Shown: in pieces, positions 39,107 to 48,208 of the stretch
Layout of the letters: every line of letters begins with the position of its first letter
Numbering within the stretch: the first letter of the stretch is position 1
Source: an uncultured Chloroflexia bacterium
Lineage (GTDB): Bacteria; Chloroflexota; Limnocylindria; Limnocylindrales; CSP1-4
DNA: 64,000 nucleotides
NCBI GenBank assembly: GCA_963828165.1
Contig: CAWHDR010000005.1
Span: forward strand, 96,001-160,000
Direction of reading: 5' to 3'
Notes under the pieces: model-generated
What the model was told of the DNA's origin: nothing
Databases searched by the model: none
Seen by the model: the letters and a program-made list of their open reading frames with translations, nothing else
Program-made: the position numbers and the translations under genes

Positions 39107-40369
39107 TCAGACCTTCATCGCGCGCAGGACGCGCCGCAGGGCGACGTCGAGGGCATCTTCCGACGTCTGCAGCTCGATCGCCTGGTACGCCAGCCCAAGC
39201 GGCGTGACGTCCTGCTGGTCCACGAGCAACGCCGTCGCATCGATCACGGTCTCGATCAGGTTCGGCGCCATGACGATGACCTCGGGCGGCCGGGCGAAGG
39301 GCATCGGCTTCCAGAATGCCTCGGCTGCCAACGCCGCCTGCACCTCCGGGAGCCGCGAGCCACCACCGCACAGGTAGATGCGCGACGGCAGCAGGTCGCC
39401 CCCGGACAGCTCCTCCATCACGAGCTCGACGCCGGCCGCCCAGACCCGTACGTCGTCGCCGATGATCCCGGCCACCTCGTCGCGCGACTCGACCGGCAGC
39501 CCGCGCGCGTAATCGACCTTGAGCGCCTCGGCTCGGGGAAACGGCAGGTCGAGCCGGTCGGCGAGCGACTTCGTGAACGCCCGACCGCCGAGCGCGAACA
39601 TCCGCGTCCCCTCGATGCCACCCTGGCGCACGAGGGCCACGTCGGTCGTCCCGCCACCGACATCGACGAACAGCGCTCCGCCCTGGCGGACCTGCTCGAG
39701 GCCGAGAACGCGTGCCACCGCATAGGGCTCGGCGACGATCTCGAGCAGCTCCAGGTCCAGCTGCGAGGCCACGCTCTGCAACGCCCCGAGGTGCACGAGT
39801 GGCGCGAACGCGTTGAAGATCCCGATCTTCACGTGGCGGCCCTGGAATCCCACGGGGTTCGTGAGCGCGTAGCCGTCGATGGCGGCGCCAGTCACGGCCG
39901 CGTGGACCAGCCTGACGTCGACGTGCGGCAGCCCTGTCTCCCACGTGATCGCCCGTTCGGCCTCGCGGAGGGCCTCGCGCTGCACGGAGTCGATGAGCTT
40001 CTGGAGCTCGTTCTCGGTGATCGGCTGGTCCGGCTTCTTGCGTTCCTGGCTGTGGGTCGTGGTGAAGCCCTTCACCAGCTCCCCGGCGATGCCGATCACC
40101 ACCTGGCTCGGCCGAAAGCCCGCCATCTCCTCGGCTTCCTGCAGCGCGATCGAGCAGTTGTCGACCACGGCCGCGATATCCGCGACCGTTCCAGACTGCA
40201 TGTGCGCGAGGCCCTGCCGCTTGCGGCCCACGCCGCGGACCGTGCCCAGGCCCGAATCGTCGATCTCGAAGACGAGGGCCTTCGCGAACTCGGTGCCGAT
40301 GTCGAGCGCGGTGCAGACGGCGAGGCTGTCGCCCTCATCCCGTTGCCAGATCTTGCGCCAGAAGGCCAC
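39107..40369 (-). CDS. FtsA-like actin-family ATPase
   Basis: ALDIGTE (phosphate 1), AEPYA, DVGGGTTD (phosphate 2), LCGGGSRL; SHS2/1C-like insert ending IDGY..NPVG. Confidence 0.88.
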   Translation of the reverse strand: MAFWRKIWQRDEGDSLAVCTALDIGTEFAKALVFEIDDSGLGTVRGVGRKRQGLAHMQSGTVADIAAVVDNCSIALQEAEEMAGFRPSQVVIGIAGELVKGFTTTHSQERKKPDQPITENELQKLIDSVQREALREAERAITWETGLPHVDVRLVHAAVTGAAIDGYALTNPVGFQGRHVKIGIFNAFAPLVHLGALQSVASQLDLELLEIVAEPYAVARVLGLEQVRQGGALFVDVGGGTTDVALVRQGGIEGTRMFALGGRAFTKSLADRLDLPFPRAEALKVDYARGLPVESRDEVAGIIGDDVRVWAAGVELVMEELSGGDLLPSRIYLCGGGSRLPEVQAALAAEAFWKPMPFARPPEVIVMAPNLIETVIDATALLVDQQDVTPLGLAYQAIELQTSEDALDVALRRVLRAMKV

Positions 40370-40430
40370 GTTCAGGCGTTCCAGCCGGGCACGAGGGAAA
40401 GCCCCGCGAGCCGCGCGAGCGACGGCATCG

Positions 40431-43202
40431 TCACCCGGCCTCGAGCTGCCGGACGATCGCTCCACGGATCGAGGCGAGCGCGTCCGCGATACCCGCGCGG
40501 TCGGTGCCCATCCCCTGCGCCATCTGGGGGCGGCCGCCGCCCTTCGCCCCGATCGGCGCCGCCGCGGCCTTGACGAGTTCGCCCGCCGAGATCCCGCGTT
40601 CGACGAGATCGTCCGACACCGTGACGAAGAGCTGCGGGGCGTCCGCATCGAGCAGCAGGGCGATGACGCCCGACTCGAACGCTGCGCGGACCGCCTTTGC
40701 TGCGGCCTTGAGCGCCTCGGTCAATTCGTACGGGATCGCGGCCGCGACCAGCCGGACGCCCGGCGCGACCTCTTCCGATCTCGCGGCCAGCTCGGTGGGC
40801 TGCGGCACACCCGAGGCCGCGCCCGCCTTCAGGCGGCGCTTCGTCTCTCGGAGCTCGTCCAGCAGCGCCGCGATGCGGTCCTCGACGGCGTCGATCGTCT
40901 GTGCACCGACCGCTTCGACGACGCGCTCCAGCGTCTCGCTGCGCTCTCGCGCGAGTCGATCGGCCGCGGCCCCGGTGACGGCCTCGATGCGGCGCATCCC
41001 GGAACCGATGCTCCGCTCCCCGGTGATGTTGAAGCCACCGATCTGACCGGTCGCCCGGCAATGGGTCCCACCGCACAGCTCGAAGCTGTAGTCCTGGACT
41101 CGGATGGTCCGGACGGTCTCGCCGTATTTCTCGTCGAAGAAGGCGTCGGCTCCCTGCTCGATGGCTTCGGCCATCGGCATGAACGCGATCGTCACGGGGC
41201 GATCGTCGCGAACGATGCCGCGGACCTCGTCTTCGATGGCCTGCTTCTCGTCGTCCGTCAATGCCCGGTCGAACGGGTAGTCGAACCGCAGGCTGTCGGG
41301 GGTCACGAGCGACCCCGCCTGTCGCGCCCCCTCCCCGACCACGTTGCGCAACGCCCGGTGAAGCAGGTGGGTGCCCGTGTGGTTGCGCATCGTGTGGGCG
41401 CGACGTTCGGCATCGACGATCGCCTCGACGGTCTCGCCGACGCGTAGCCGGCCGTGGAGCGTGCCACGTTGCACGATCAAGCCGCCGACCGGCTTCTGCG
41501 TGTCGGTCACGGTGAACAGCTCGCTGCCGCCGCCCGGTTCTCGGATCGTCCCCTGGTCTCCGACCTGCCCACCGCCCTCCGCGTAGAACGGGGTGCGGTC
41601 GACTACCACCTCGGCTGCGCCGTTCCCGGTCAGCTCGTCGAATTCCACGCCGTCGCGCACGATCGCCACCACCCGGCCCTCGGCGGTGGTCGTCTCGTAG
41701 CCCATGAACGCGGTGTCGCCGTGGCGTGCCTGGATGGCGCTGTACAGCGACGTCGATTCCGCGTGCCGGGCGAGGTCGGCCTTCTTGCCCGAACGGCTGC
41801 GCTCCCGCTGCTCCGCGAGCGCGTCCTGGAACCCGGCAAGGTCGACCGTAAACCCGTATTCCGCGGCGAGCTCGACGGTCAGGTCGACCGGGAACCCGTA
41901 CGTGTCATGCAGCCGGAACGCGACGTCGCCGTCGAGGGCCGGTGCATCGCCCGGCAGGTCCTCCGGCCGGCGTCCGATGACGCGCTCGGGCGTCGTCCCG
42001 CCGAACGCATCGCGGATGGCCCCGTCGAGCAGCTTCGAGCCGGCGTCCAGGGTCCGGGCGAACTGGGCTTCCTCGCGCAGGATCGTGACCAGGATCGCGT
42101 CCCGCTTCTCGGCCAGGTGCGGATAGGCCTCGGCCATGGTGTCGATCACGACCGTCGCCGTCTCGGCCATGAACGGCTCGCGCCGACCCAGCAGCCGGCC
42201 GTGGCGAACGGCTCGACGCAGGATGCGACGCAGGACATAGCCCCTCCCCTCATTGCCCGGAAGGACGTCATCAGCGATGAGGAACGTGACGGCGCGGGAG
42301 TGGTCCGCGATGACCTGGTAGCTGAAACGCTCCTGCTCGAAGGCGTCCGGGTCGTGACCGAGCAGCTCCTGCATCCGGGCGTGGATCGGCGTGAACACGT
42401 CCGTGTCGTAGTTGGTCGGTACCTGCTGGAGGACGCTCGCGAGGCGCTCGAGACCCATCCCGGTGTCCACGCCTGGGGCCGGCAGCGGCACCAGCGAGCC
42501 GTCGGGCTGCAGATCGAACTCCATGAACACGAGGTTCCAGATCTCGAGCCAGCGCGGGCACTGCTCGCTGTGGTCGGGCACGCAATGCGGGCCCTCGCTG
42601 AGGTGTTCTCCGCGGTCGAAGTGGATCTCGCTGCACGGCCCGCACGGCCCGACGTCGGCCATGCGCCACCAGTTCTTCTCGTCGCCCTTGGGGAAATCGC
42701 CCCAGCGGACCAGGCGCTCTTCGGGCAGGCCGATCTCGTCGCGCCAGATGTCGAAGGCGACGTCGTCCGTCGTGTAGGTCGTGGCCGCCAGCCGTTCGCC
42801 CGGGATGCCCAGGTCGCGCGTCAGGAAGTCCCACGCGTAGTGGATCGCCTCGCGCTTGAAGTAGTCGCCGAAGCTCCAGTTGCCGAGCATCTCGAAGAGC
42901 GTGTGGTGACGCGGCGTGCGGCCGACCTCCTCGAAGTCGTTGTGCTTGCCGGCCACGCGCAGGCAGCGCTGGTAGTCGACCGCGCGCTGGTAGCTGCGCG
43001 TCTCGGCGCCGGTCAGGACGTCCTTGAACTGGACCATCCCGGAGTTCGTGAACAGGAGCGTCTGGTCACCCGCCGGCACCAGGCTGGCGCTGGGCACGGG
43101 CGTGTGGCCTCGCTCGGCGAAGAACTCGATGAAGCGCCGCCGGATCTCGCCGGACGGCAGGGACGTGATCCGGGGATCGCGGGTGACGGGTGGGGTCGGC
43201 AT
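40431..43202 (-). CDS. alaS: Alanine--tRNA ligase
   Basis: LLFTNSGMVQFK, FEMLGNWSFGDYFK, HTGTHLLH, ELCGGTH, GGGRPQMAQG. Confidence 0.98.
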   Translation of the reverse strand: MPTPPVTRDPRITSLPSGEIRRRFIEFFAERGHTPVPSASLVPAGDQTLLFTNSGMVQFKDVLTGAETRSYQRAVDYQRCLRVAGKHNDFEEVGRTPRHHTLFEMLGNWSFGDYFKREAIHYAWDFLTRDLGIPGERLAATTYTTDDVAFDIWRDEIGLPEERLVRWGDFPKGDEKNWWRMADVGPCGPCSEIHFDRGEHLSEGPHCVPDHSEQCPRWLEIWNLVFMEFDLQPDGSLVPLPAPGVDTGMGLERLASVLQQVPTNYDTDVFTPIHARMQELLGHDPDAFEQERFSYQVIADHSRAVTFLIADDVLPGNEGRGYVLRRILRRAVRHGRLLGRREPFMAETATVVIDTMAEAYPHLAEKRDAILVTILREEAQFARTLDAGSKLLDGAIRDAFGGTTPERVIGRRPEDLPGDAPALDGDVAFRLHDTYGFPVDLTVELAAEYGFTVDLAGFQDALAEQRERSRSGKKADLARHAESTSLYSAIQARHGDTAFMGYETTTAEGRVVAIVRDGVEFDELTGNGAAEVVVDRTPFYAEGGGQVGDQGTIREPGGGSELFTVTDTQKPVGGLIVQRGTLHGRLRVGETVEAIVDAERRAHTMRNHTGTHLLHRALRNVVGEGARQAGSLVTPDSLRFDYPFDRALTDDEKQAIEDEVRGIVRDDRPVTIAFMPMAEAIEQGADAFFDEKYGETVRTIRVQDYSFELCGGTHCRATGQIGGFNITGERSIGSGMRRIEAVTGAAADRLARERSETLERVVEAVGAQTIDAVEDRIAALLDELRETKRRLKAGAASGVPQPTELAARSEEVAPGVRLVAAAIPYELTEALKAAAKAVRAAFESGVIALLLDADAPQLFVTVSDDLVERGISAGELVKAAAAPIGAKGGGRPQMAQGMGTDRAGIADALASIRGAIVRQLEAG

Positions 43203-43337
43203 CGGCCGCAATGGTACCGAACCGGACCGGGCCATCTCTGTTACGCATCCGCTACCCCGCTTTCGGAAGCGCTGATGCCCTGGCCAGCCGCGATCGGTCA
43301 GGGTCGTTGCGTGCGATACGCAGCACAAGGAGATGTC

Positions 43338-43520
43338 ATGGCCTTTGTCCGAAAGTGCGAACAATGCGGGAACGTCGACGCTCGCCAGAACTGGTCATCT
43401 GCGGCAGAGGCCGCGGACCAGGGAGCGTTCCAGAAGTGGACGTGCCCCACTTGTGCCTGGACGGAGTTCGACCTCGTCGAGGAGTCCGAGGCGACGCAGG
43501 CCGCCGCGCCCTCCCGCTGA
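43338..43520 (+). CDS. Small zinc-ribbon protein (60 aa)
   Basis: AAGGAG SD; CEQCG..WTCPTC; followed by a hairpin. Confidence 0.75.
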   Translation: MAFVRKCEQCGNVDARQNWSSAAEAADQGAFQKWTCPTCAWTEFDLVEESEATQAAAPSR

Positions 43521-43524
43521 TGCC

Positions 43525-43548
43525 CGTCCGCCCGCGTTCGGGCGGACG
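43525..43548 (+). terminator. Hairpin after the zinc-ribbon gene
   Basis: CGTCCGCCCG-cgtt-CGGGCGGACG, perfect 10-bp stem. Confidence 0.55.
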
Positions 43549-43703
43549 ACGTTTCATCGCCGTCTCAGGGGACTCTCAGTGCGACCGGGACCATGCCCGG
43601 GACCGATCCCCACTCGTCGACGTGTGGCGACCCTCCTGAACGTGACCCAGGACGGCGACACGTACAGGACCACCTTCGAGATCGCCGTCCAGCTGGCCTG
43701 AAC

Positions 43704-43820
43704 CTAGCGCGGCGGGCTGCCCCGAAGGCTGCGCCAGATCCGCGACCCGGCGATCACCGCACCGATCAACGCCCCGATCGTCAGGCCGCGCAGGAACCTG
43801 GCCTGCTCGGGCGTGCTCAC
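43704..43820 (-). CDS. Small membrane peptide (38 aa, YtxH-like N-terminus)
   Basis: [38 protein letters not shown]; GTG overlaps the upstream TGA. Confidence 0.55.
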   Translation of the reverse strand: MSTPEQARFLRGLTIGALIGAVIAGSRIWRSLRGSPPR

Positions 43821-44098
43821 GTCCGCCGCTCCGCGGATGGGCCGAGAACCGCAACGACGGACACGAGCCCGATGCCGACCCAGGCCACGATCGACGCGCC
43901 GAGCAGCTGGTAGTCGCCGAGCGTCGCGAACTCGATGCCGAGTCGACCGAAGATCGCGTCACCGGCCCACGCGCCGAGGATGGCCGCCCCCACGAGCAAG
44001 GGCAGGCGGCCGCCCGCGGTGCCGCGGATCGCCACGGACAGGGCCGTGTGGAAGATGCCGACCAGCACGGACAGGACCAGCGAGGGCTCCAGGCTCAC
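43817..44098 (-). CDS. Small multi-TM membrane protein (93 aa)
   Basis: Three hydrophobic segments with Gly zipper AILGAWAGD; GTG overlaps the mnmA stop. Confidence 0.75.
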   Translation of the reverse strand: MSLEPSLVLSVLVGIFHTALSVAIRGTAGGRLPLLVGAAILGAWAGDAIFGRLGIEFATLGDYQLLGASIVAWVGIGLVSVVAVLGPSAERRT

Positions 44099-45232
44099 GC
44101 CGGAGCAAGGATCCCGGCGCGATCGGGCGAGGCCGTCTCTGACGTGGCCGCCCGCTCCGGCGCCTCGATGCGACCGCCGCCGATGACCTCGTCGCCGTCG
44201 TACAGCACGGCGGCCTGCCCGGGGGCTGCGGCCCAAACGGGCGTCTCGGTGACGACGGCCCAGCGCTTGTCGCCGAGGGAGCGCACGGTCGCGGGGATGA
44301 GCGTGGCGCGGTGGCGGATCCGGACCGTGGCCCGGAACGGTGAGACGGGCACGTCCGGCGCGATGAACGATGCCCGCTCGATCGTGAACTCGCGCGATCT
44401 CGAGGTCCTCACGGCGGCCCAGCTGGATCGTGTTGGAGCGCGGGTCGATGCGCGAGACGTAGCGCGGCTCGCCCAGCGCGACCCCCAGGCCCTTGCGCTG
44501 GCCCACGGTGTAGCCGGCCGATCCCCCGTGCTTACCAACGCTCGCACCGTCCACATCCAGCAGGGGCCCGGCCTCCGGCGTCCATCCGGCGCGCTCCCGC
44601 AGCGCGTCCCGGTAGTCACCGCCGGGCACGAAGCAGATCTCCTGGCTCTCGGGCTTGTCCGCGGTCACCAGCCCCAGTGAACGCGCCACGGCGCGCACCT
44701 CGGGCTTCGTCAGCTCCCCAAGGGGGAAGCGCGCATGCTCGAGCTGGTCGGCTCGCAGGCCGTACAGGAAATACGTCTGATCCTTGTCCTCGTCGCGTGC
44801 CCGCAGCAGTCGCGCCCGCCCGTCTTCGTCGACGGCCCGGCGAGCGTAGTGACCGGTCGCGACCGCCTCGCACTCGTACAGGTGACGAGCTCGGCCGAGC
44901 AGCGCCCCGAACTTCACGTAGGTGTTGCAGTCGACGCACGGGCTCGGTGTCCGGCCGTCGAGGTAGGCGTCGAGGAAGGGCGCGATCACCCCGGCATCGA
45001 ACTCGCGCTCGAGGTTCATGACGTAGAACGGGATGTCGAGCTGCGCGGCGACGCGCCGGGCGTCATCGGCGGCATCGAGCGAGCAGCAGCTCTTCTTGAA
45101 CTCCGAATACGTGTCGGCGACGTCGTGCAGGCGCATCCAGACCCCGACGACGTCGTGACCTTGCTCGCGCAGGAGCGCCGCGGCGACCGACGAGTCGACC
45201 CCGCCGGACATCGCCACCAGGATGCGGCTCAT
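44095..45232 (-). CDS. mnmA: tRNA 2-thiouridylase MnmA, +1 frameshift near 44397
   Basis: [35 protein letters not shown]; C-terminus [15 protein letters not shown] lies in a second frame. Confidence 0.93.
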
Positions 45233-46413
45233 ACCCCGATCGCCTGCCCGAGCGGGTCGCTGGCGACGCTCGCACCCCCGACGCGCATGGACGCGATGAC
45301 CCGGGGCACGACCTCGCAGGCGACGGCGACCTCCTCGTCGGTCGTCGTCCGTCCCAGGGACAGGCGCAGCGCCCCGCGGGCCTCTTCTTCCGGGTAGCCC
45401 ATCGCGGTCAGCACGTGACTGACCTCGGTCGAGCCGGTCGTACACGCCGAGCCCACGGAACAGGCGATCCCCTCGAGGTCCAGCGACATCGACACCGACG
45501 CCCCGTCCGTGTCGCGCGCGATGATCGAGAGCAGCCCTGGCAGCCGCTGCTTGGGATGGCCGGTCGTCTCCGTGCCGGGCGTGGCCAGGATCGCCTTGGT
45601 GAGCCGCTCGCGATGGCGGCGCAGGCGGCCGACCGTCTCCGATCGCTCGGAACACGACAGGTCGTACGCGGCGGCCAGGCCGACCGCCCCGGCCACGTTC
45701 TCCGTGCCCGCGCGGCGGTGGCGCTCCTGGGTGCCGCCCTGCTGCTGGGCGAGGATGTGGGTGCCGTGGCGGACGAACAGCGCGCCGACGCCCTTGGGCC
45801 CCTCGAACTTGTGGGCCCCGAGCGACACGAGGTCGGCATCCAGGGTGCTCAGGTCCAGATCGACGTACGGGGCCGCCTGGACGGCATCGACATGGAGGAG
45901 GACGCCCTTGCGCGCACGAACGACCTTCGCGATCTCGGCCATCGGCTGGATCGTGCCGACCTCGTTGTTGGCGAGCATGATCGAGACCAGGATCGTGCGG
46001 TCCGTGAGGGCCGCCTCGAGCTGGTCCGGATCCACCCGCCCATAGCGGTCGACCGGGAGCTCGACGATCTCGAAGCCGAACTTCTCGAGGTGGCCCAGCG
46101 TATGCCCCACGGCGTGGTGCTCGATGGCCGACGTCACGATCCGATGGCCGTGCGCCTTGCCGGCCCAGGCCGCGCCCTTGAGCGCGAGGTTGTTCGCTTC
46201 GGTGCCACCCGACGTGAAGACGATCTCGCGCGGCTCGGCGTGGAGCCGGGTCGCGACCCGCTCGTGCGCTTCGTCGAGGGCCGCCCGGGCCGTGCGGCCG
46301 AACGCATGCGCCGACGACGGATTGCCGAAGGCTTCCGTCAGGTACGGGAGCATCGCATCGAGGACCTCGCGCCGGAGCGGGGTCGTCGCCGCGTGGTCGA
46401 GATAGATCGCCAT
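45229..46413 (-). CDS. iscS: Cysteine desulfurase (IscS/NifS family)
   Basis: [32 protein letters not shown]. Confidence 0.93.
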   Translation of the reverse strand: MAIYLDHAATTPLRREVLDAMLPYLTEAFGNPSSAHAFGRTARAALDEAHERVATRLHAEPREIVFTSGGTEANNLALKGAAWAGKAHGHRIVTSAIEHHAVGHTLGHLEKFGFEIVELPVDRYGRVDPDQLEAALTDRTILVSIMLANNEVGTIQPMAEIAKVVRARKGVLLHVDAVQAAPYVDLDLSTLDADLVSLGAHKFEGPKGVGALFVRHGTHILAQQQGGTQERHRRAGTENVAGAVGLAAAYDLSCSERSETVGRLRRHRERLTKAILATPGTETTGHPKQRLPGLLSIIARDTDGASVSMSLDLEGIACSVGSACTTGSTEVSHVLTAMGYPEEEARGALRLSLGRTTTDEEVAVACEVVPRVIASMRVGGASVASDPLGQAIGV

Positions 46414-46480
46414 CGGGCGGATTGTACGCTCGGGCGCCCGGGTGCCCCGCAGGGGGCGCCCGGAGGCCGTCAGTGGTCCG

Positions 46481-48205
46481 CTAGGGCGCGTACTCGAGCG
46501 CCCGCTTCAGGAACGCCGCCATCTGCCCGCGCGTCACGCTGGATGTCGGGCAATACCGCCGTGTCCCGCAGCCGCCGGTGATGCCCGCGGCAGCCAGTCG
46601 GTTGATCGAGGACTCGCCGGTCTTGCCGTCGTCGTCATCGAAGAAATCCGTGCTCGTCGCGGGCGGATCGAGCTCCTTGTCGAGGAAGATCGCCATCTCG
46701 GCGCGGGTGACGCGGCGGGTCGGGCAATAGAGCGTGGGGCTACCGCAACCGCTCGTGATGCCGGCCGCCCGCAACGCGTTGATCGAGGATTCGCCGGAGC
46801 GACCCTCATCGTCGGTGAAATAGTCGGTGGCGGTCGAGGGATGATCGAAGGCGCGCACGAGGAAGATCGCCATCTGCTCCCGCGTGACGGCTGCCGACGG
46901 GCAGTACCGGCCGCTCCCGCACCCGACCGTGATGCCCTCGTACAGGATCCAGTGGATGCTGTCGAGGAACGTGGAGGTCGCGATGTCCTTGAACTCGGGG
47001 GCGATGACCCGATACAGGGAGCCGTTGAGATCGGTCAGGTAGAGCTCGCCGGATTCGCTCTCGCCGAACGAGCTGATGTTGAGACTGGTGTCCCTGCGAA
47101 CGGTGATCGTGCTGCTGCCATTCCCCATCGTCCAGATGCGGCCGCTGCAGAAGTCGCCGAACACGTAGAGACCCTGCAGGTCACGGTGCGTCCCGCGGTA
47201 GACGTAGCCGCCGGTGATCGAGCAGCCCAGTGAGTGCGTGTACTCGGCGACCGGCAGGATGTCATTGGCCGGGGGCGTACAGCCCGAGACCCGGCAGTGC
47301 TTGCCTTCCATGACGTCCCAGCCGTAATTCCCGCCGCCCGCGAAGCTGTTCAGTTCGCGGTTGATCTCCTCGTAGCGGTCCTGACCGACATCGGCGATGA
47401 AGAGATTCCCGTTGGCGCGGTCGAAGGCGATGCGCCACGGGTTTCGCATCCCCCAGGCCCAGATCTGGTCGGCGCCGGTCTTGCCCACGAACGGGTTGTC
47501 GTCCGGGATCGCGTAGTTCGGGTGGCTGGAGGGGCCAGCGTGATTGACATCGATCCGCAGGATCTTGCCGAGCAGGACATTGCGGTCCTGGGCGTTGTTA
47601 CCCGGGTCGTTGGCGCCGCCCCCATCGCCCACGGCGATGTAGAGGTAGTTGTCGGGGCCGAAGGCGAGGCCACCGCCGTTGTGGTTCGTATTTGCGCTGT
47701 GCTCGATGCGCAGCAGCGGGACCTCGGTCGTCAGGCTCACGGCGGTCTTCGTTGAGTTCGCGGTCAGCTTACTGACGATGATGTCGCCATCGGTCCTGGT
47801 GTAGTAGACGTACAGCAACCGGTTGGTCTCGAAGTTGGGATGGAACGCCAGGCCGAGCAGGCCTCGCTCGCCACCGGCCCTGATCCTCGAACTGATGTTG
47901 AGGAAGGTGCCCGTCACTGCGCCACCCTTGACGACGCGAACCCGGCCGCCGCGCTCCACGACGAACAGGCGGCCGGAGCCATCCTCGGCATGGGTCACCC
48001 CGAGCGGGCTGCTGAGGCCGCCGGTGACCTTGACCACGGTCAGCTGTCCCGAAACGAGCGCCGCTGGCTCGATGGTCTCGGTGGTGCGCTCAACGGGCGC
48101 CGCGACCTGGGGCTCGTGTGCGGCCACGGGGATCACGCTGACCACGGTGGCGGCAGCCGCCAGGATGGCCGGCAGGACGGTTCGCAGGTGGCGTCGGGTC
48201 ATCAT
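46481..48205 (-). CDS. Secreted PQQ-dependent sugar dehydrogenase-like beta-propeller with three SLH repeats
   Basis: Signal peptide; GERGLLGLAFHP, NHNGG.LAFGPD, GMRNPWR, DVGQ, NYGW; C-terminal IT.GC..YCP..VTR.QMA repeats. Confidence 0.92.
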   Translation of the reverse strand: MMTRRHLRTVLPAILAAAATVVSVIPVAAHEPQVAAPVERTTETIEPAALVSGQLTVVKVTGGLSSPLGVTHAEDGSGRLFVVERGGRVRVVKGGAVTGTFLNISSRIRAGGERGLLGLAFHPNFETNRLLYVYYTRTDGDIIVSKLTANSTKTAVSLTTEVPLLRIEHSANTNHNGGGLAFGPDNYLYIAVGDGGGANDPGNNAQDRNVLLGKILRIDVNHAGPSSHPNYAIPDDNPFVGKTGADQIWAWGMRNPWRIAFDRANGNLFIADVGQDRYEEINRELNSFAGGGNYGWDVMEGKHCRVSGCTPPANDILPVAEYTHSLGCSITGGYVYRGTHRDLQGLYVFGDFCSGRIWTMGNGSSTITVRRDTSLNISSFGESESGELYLTDLNGSLYRVIAPEFKDIATSTFLDSIHWILYEGITVGCGSGRYCPSAAVTREQMAIFLVRAFDHPSTATDYFTDDEGRSGESSINALRAAGITSGCGSPTLYCPTRRVTRAEMAIFLDKELDPPATSTDFFDDDDGKTGESSINRLAAAGITGGCGTRRYCPTSSVTRGQMAAFLKRALEYAP

Positions 48206-48208
48206 GGG

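Noticed and set aside
43550-43701. Coding-like stretch ending ..TYRTTFEIAVQLA*
   Set aside because: No credible start or SD; at best an unidentifiable remnant.
43817-45655. 612-aa MnmA-membrane protein fusion
   Set aside because: Frameshift read-through; the MnmA C-terminus is in another frame.
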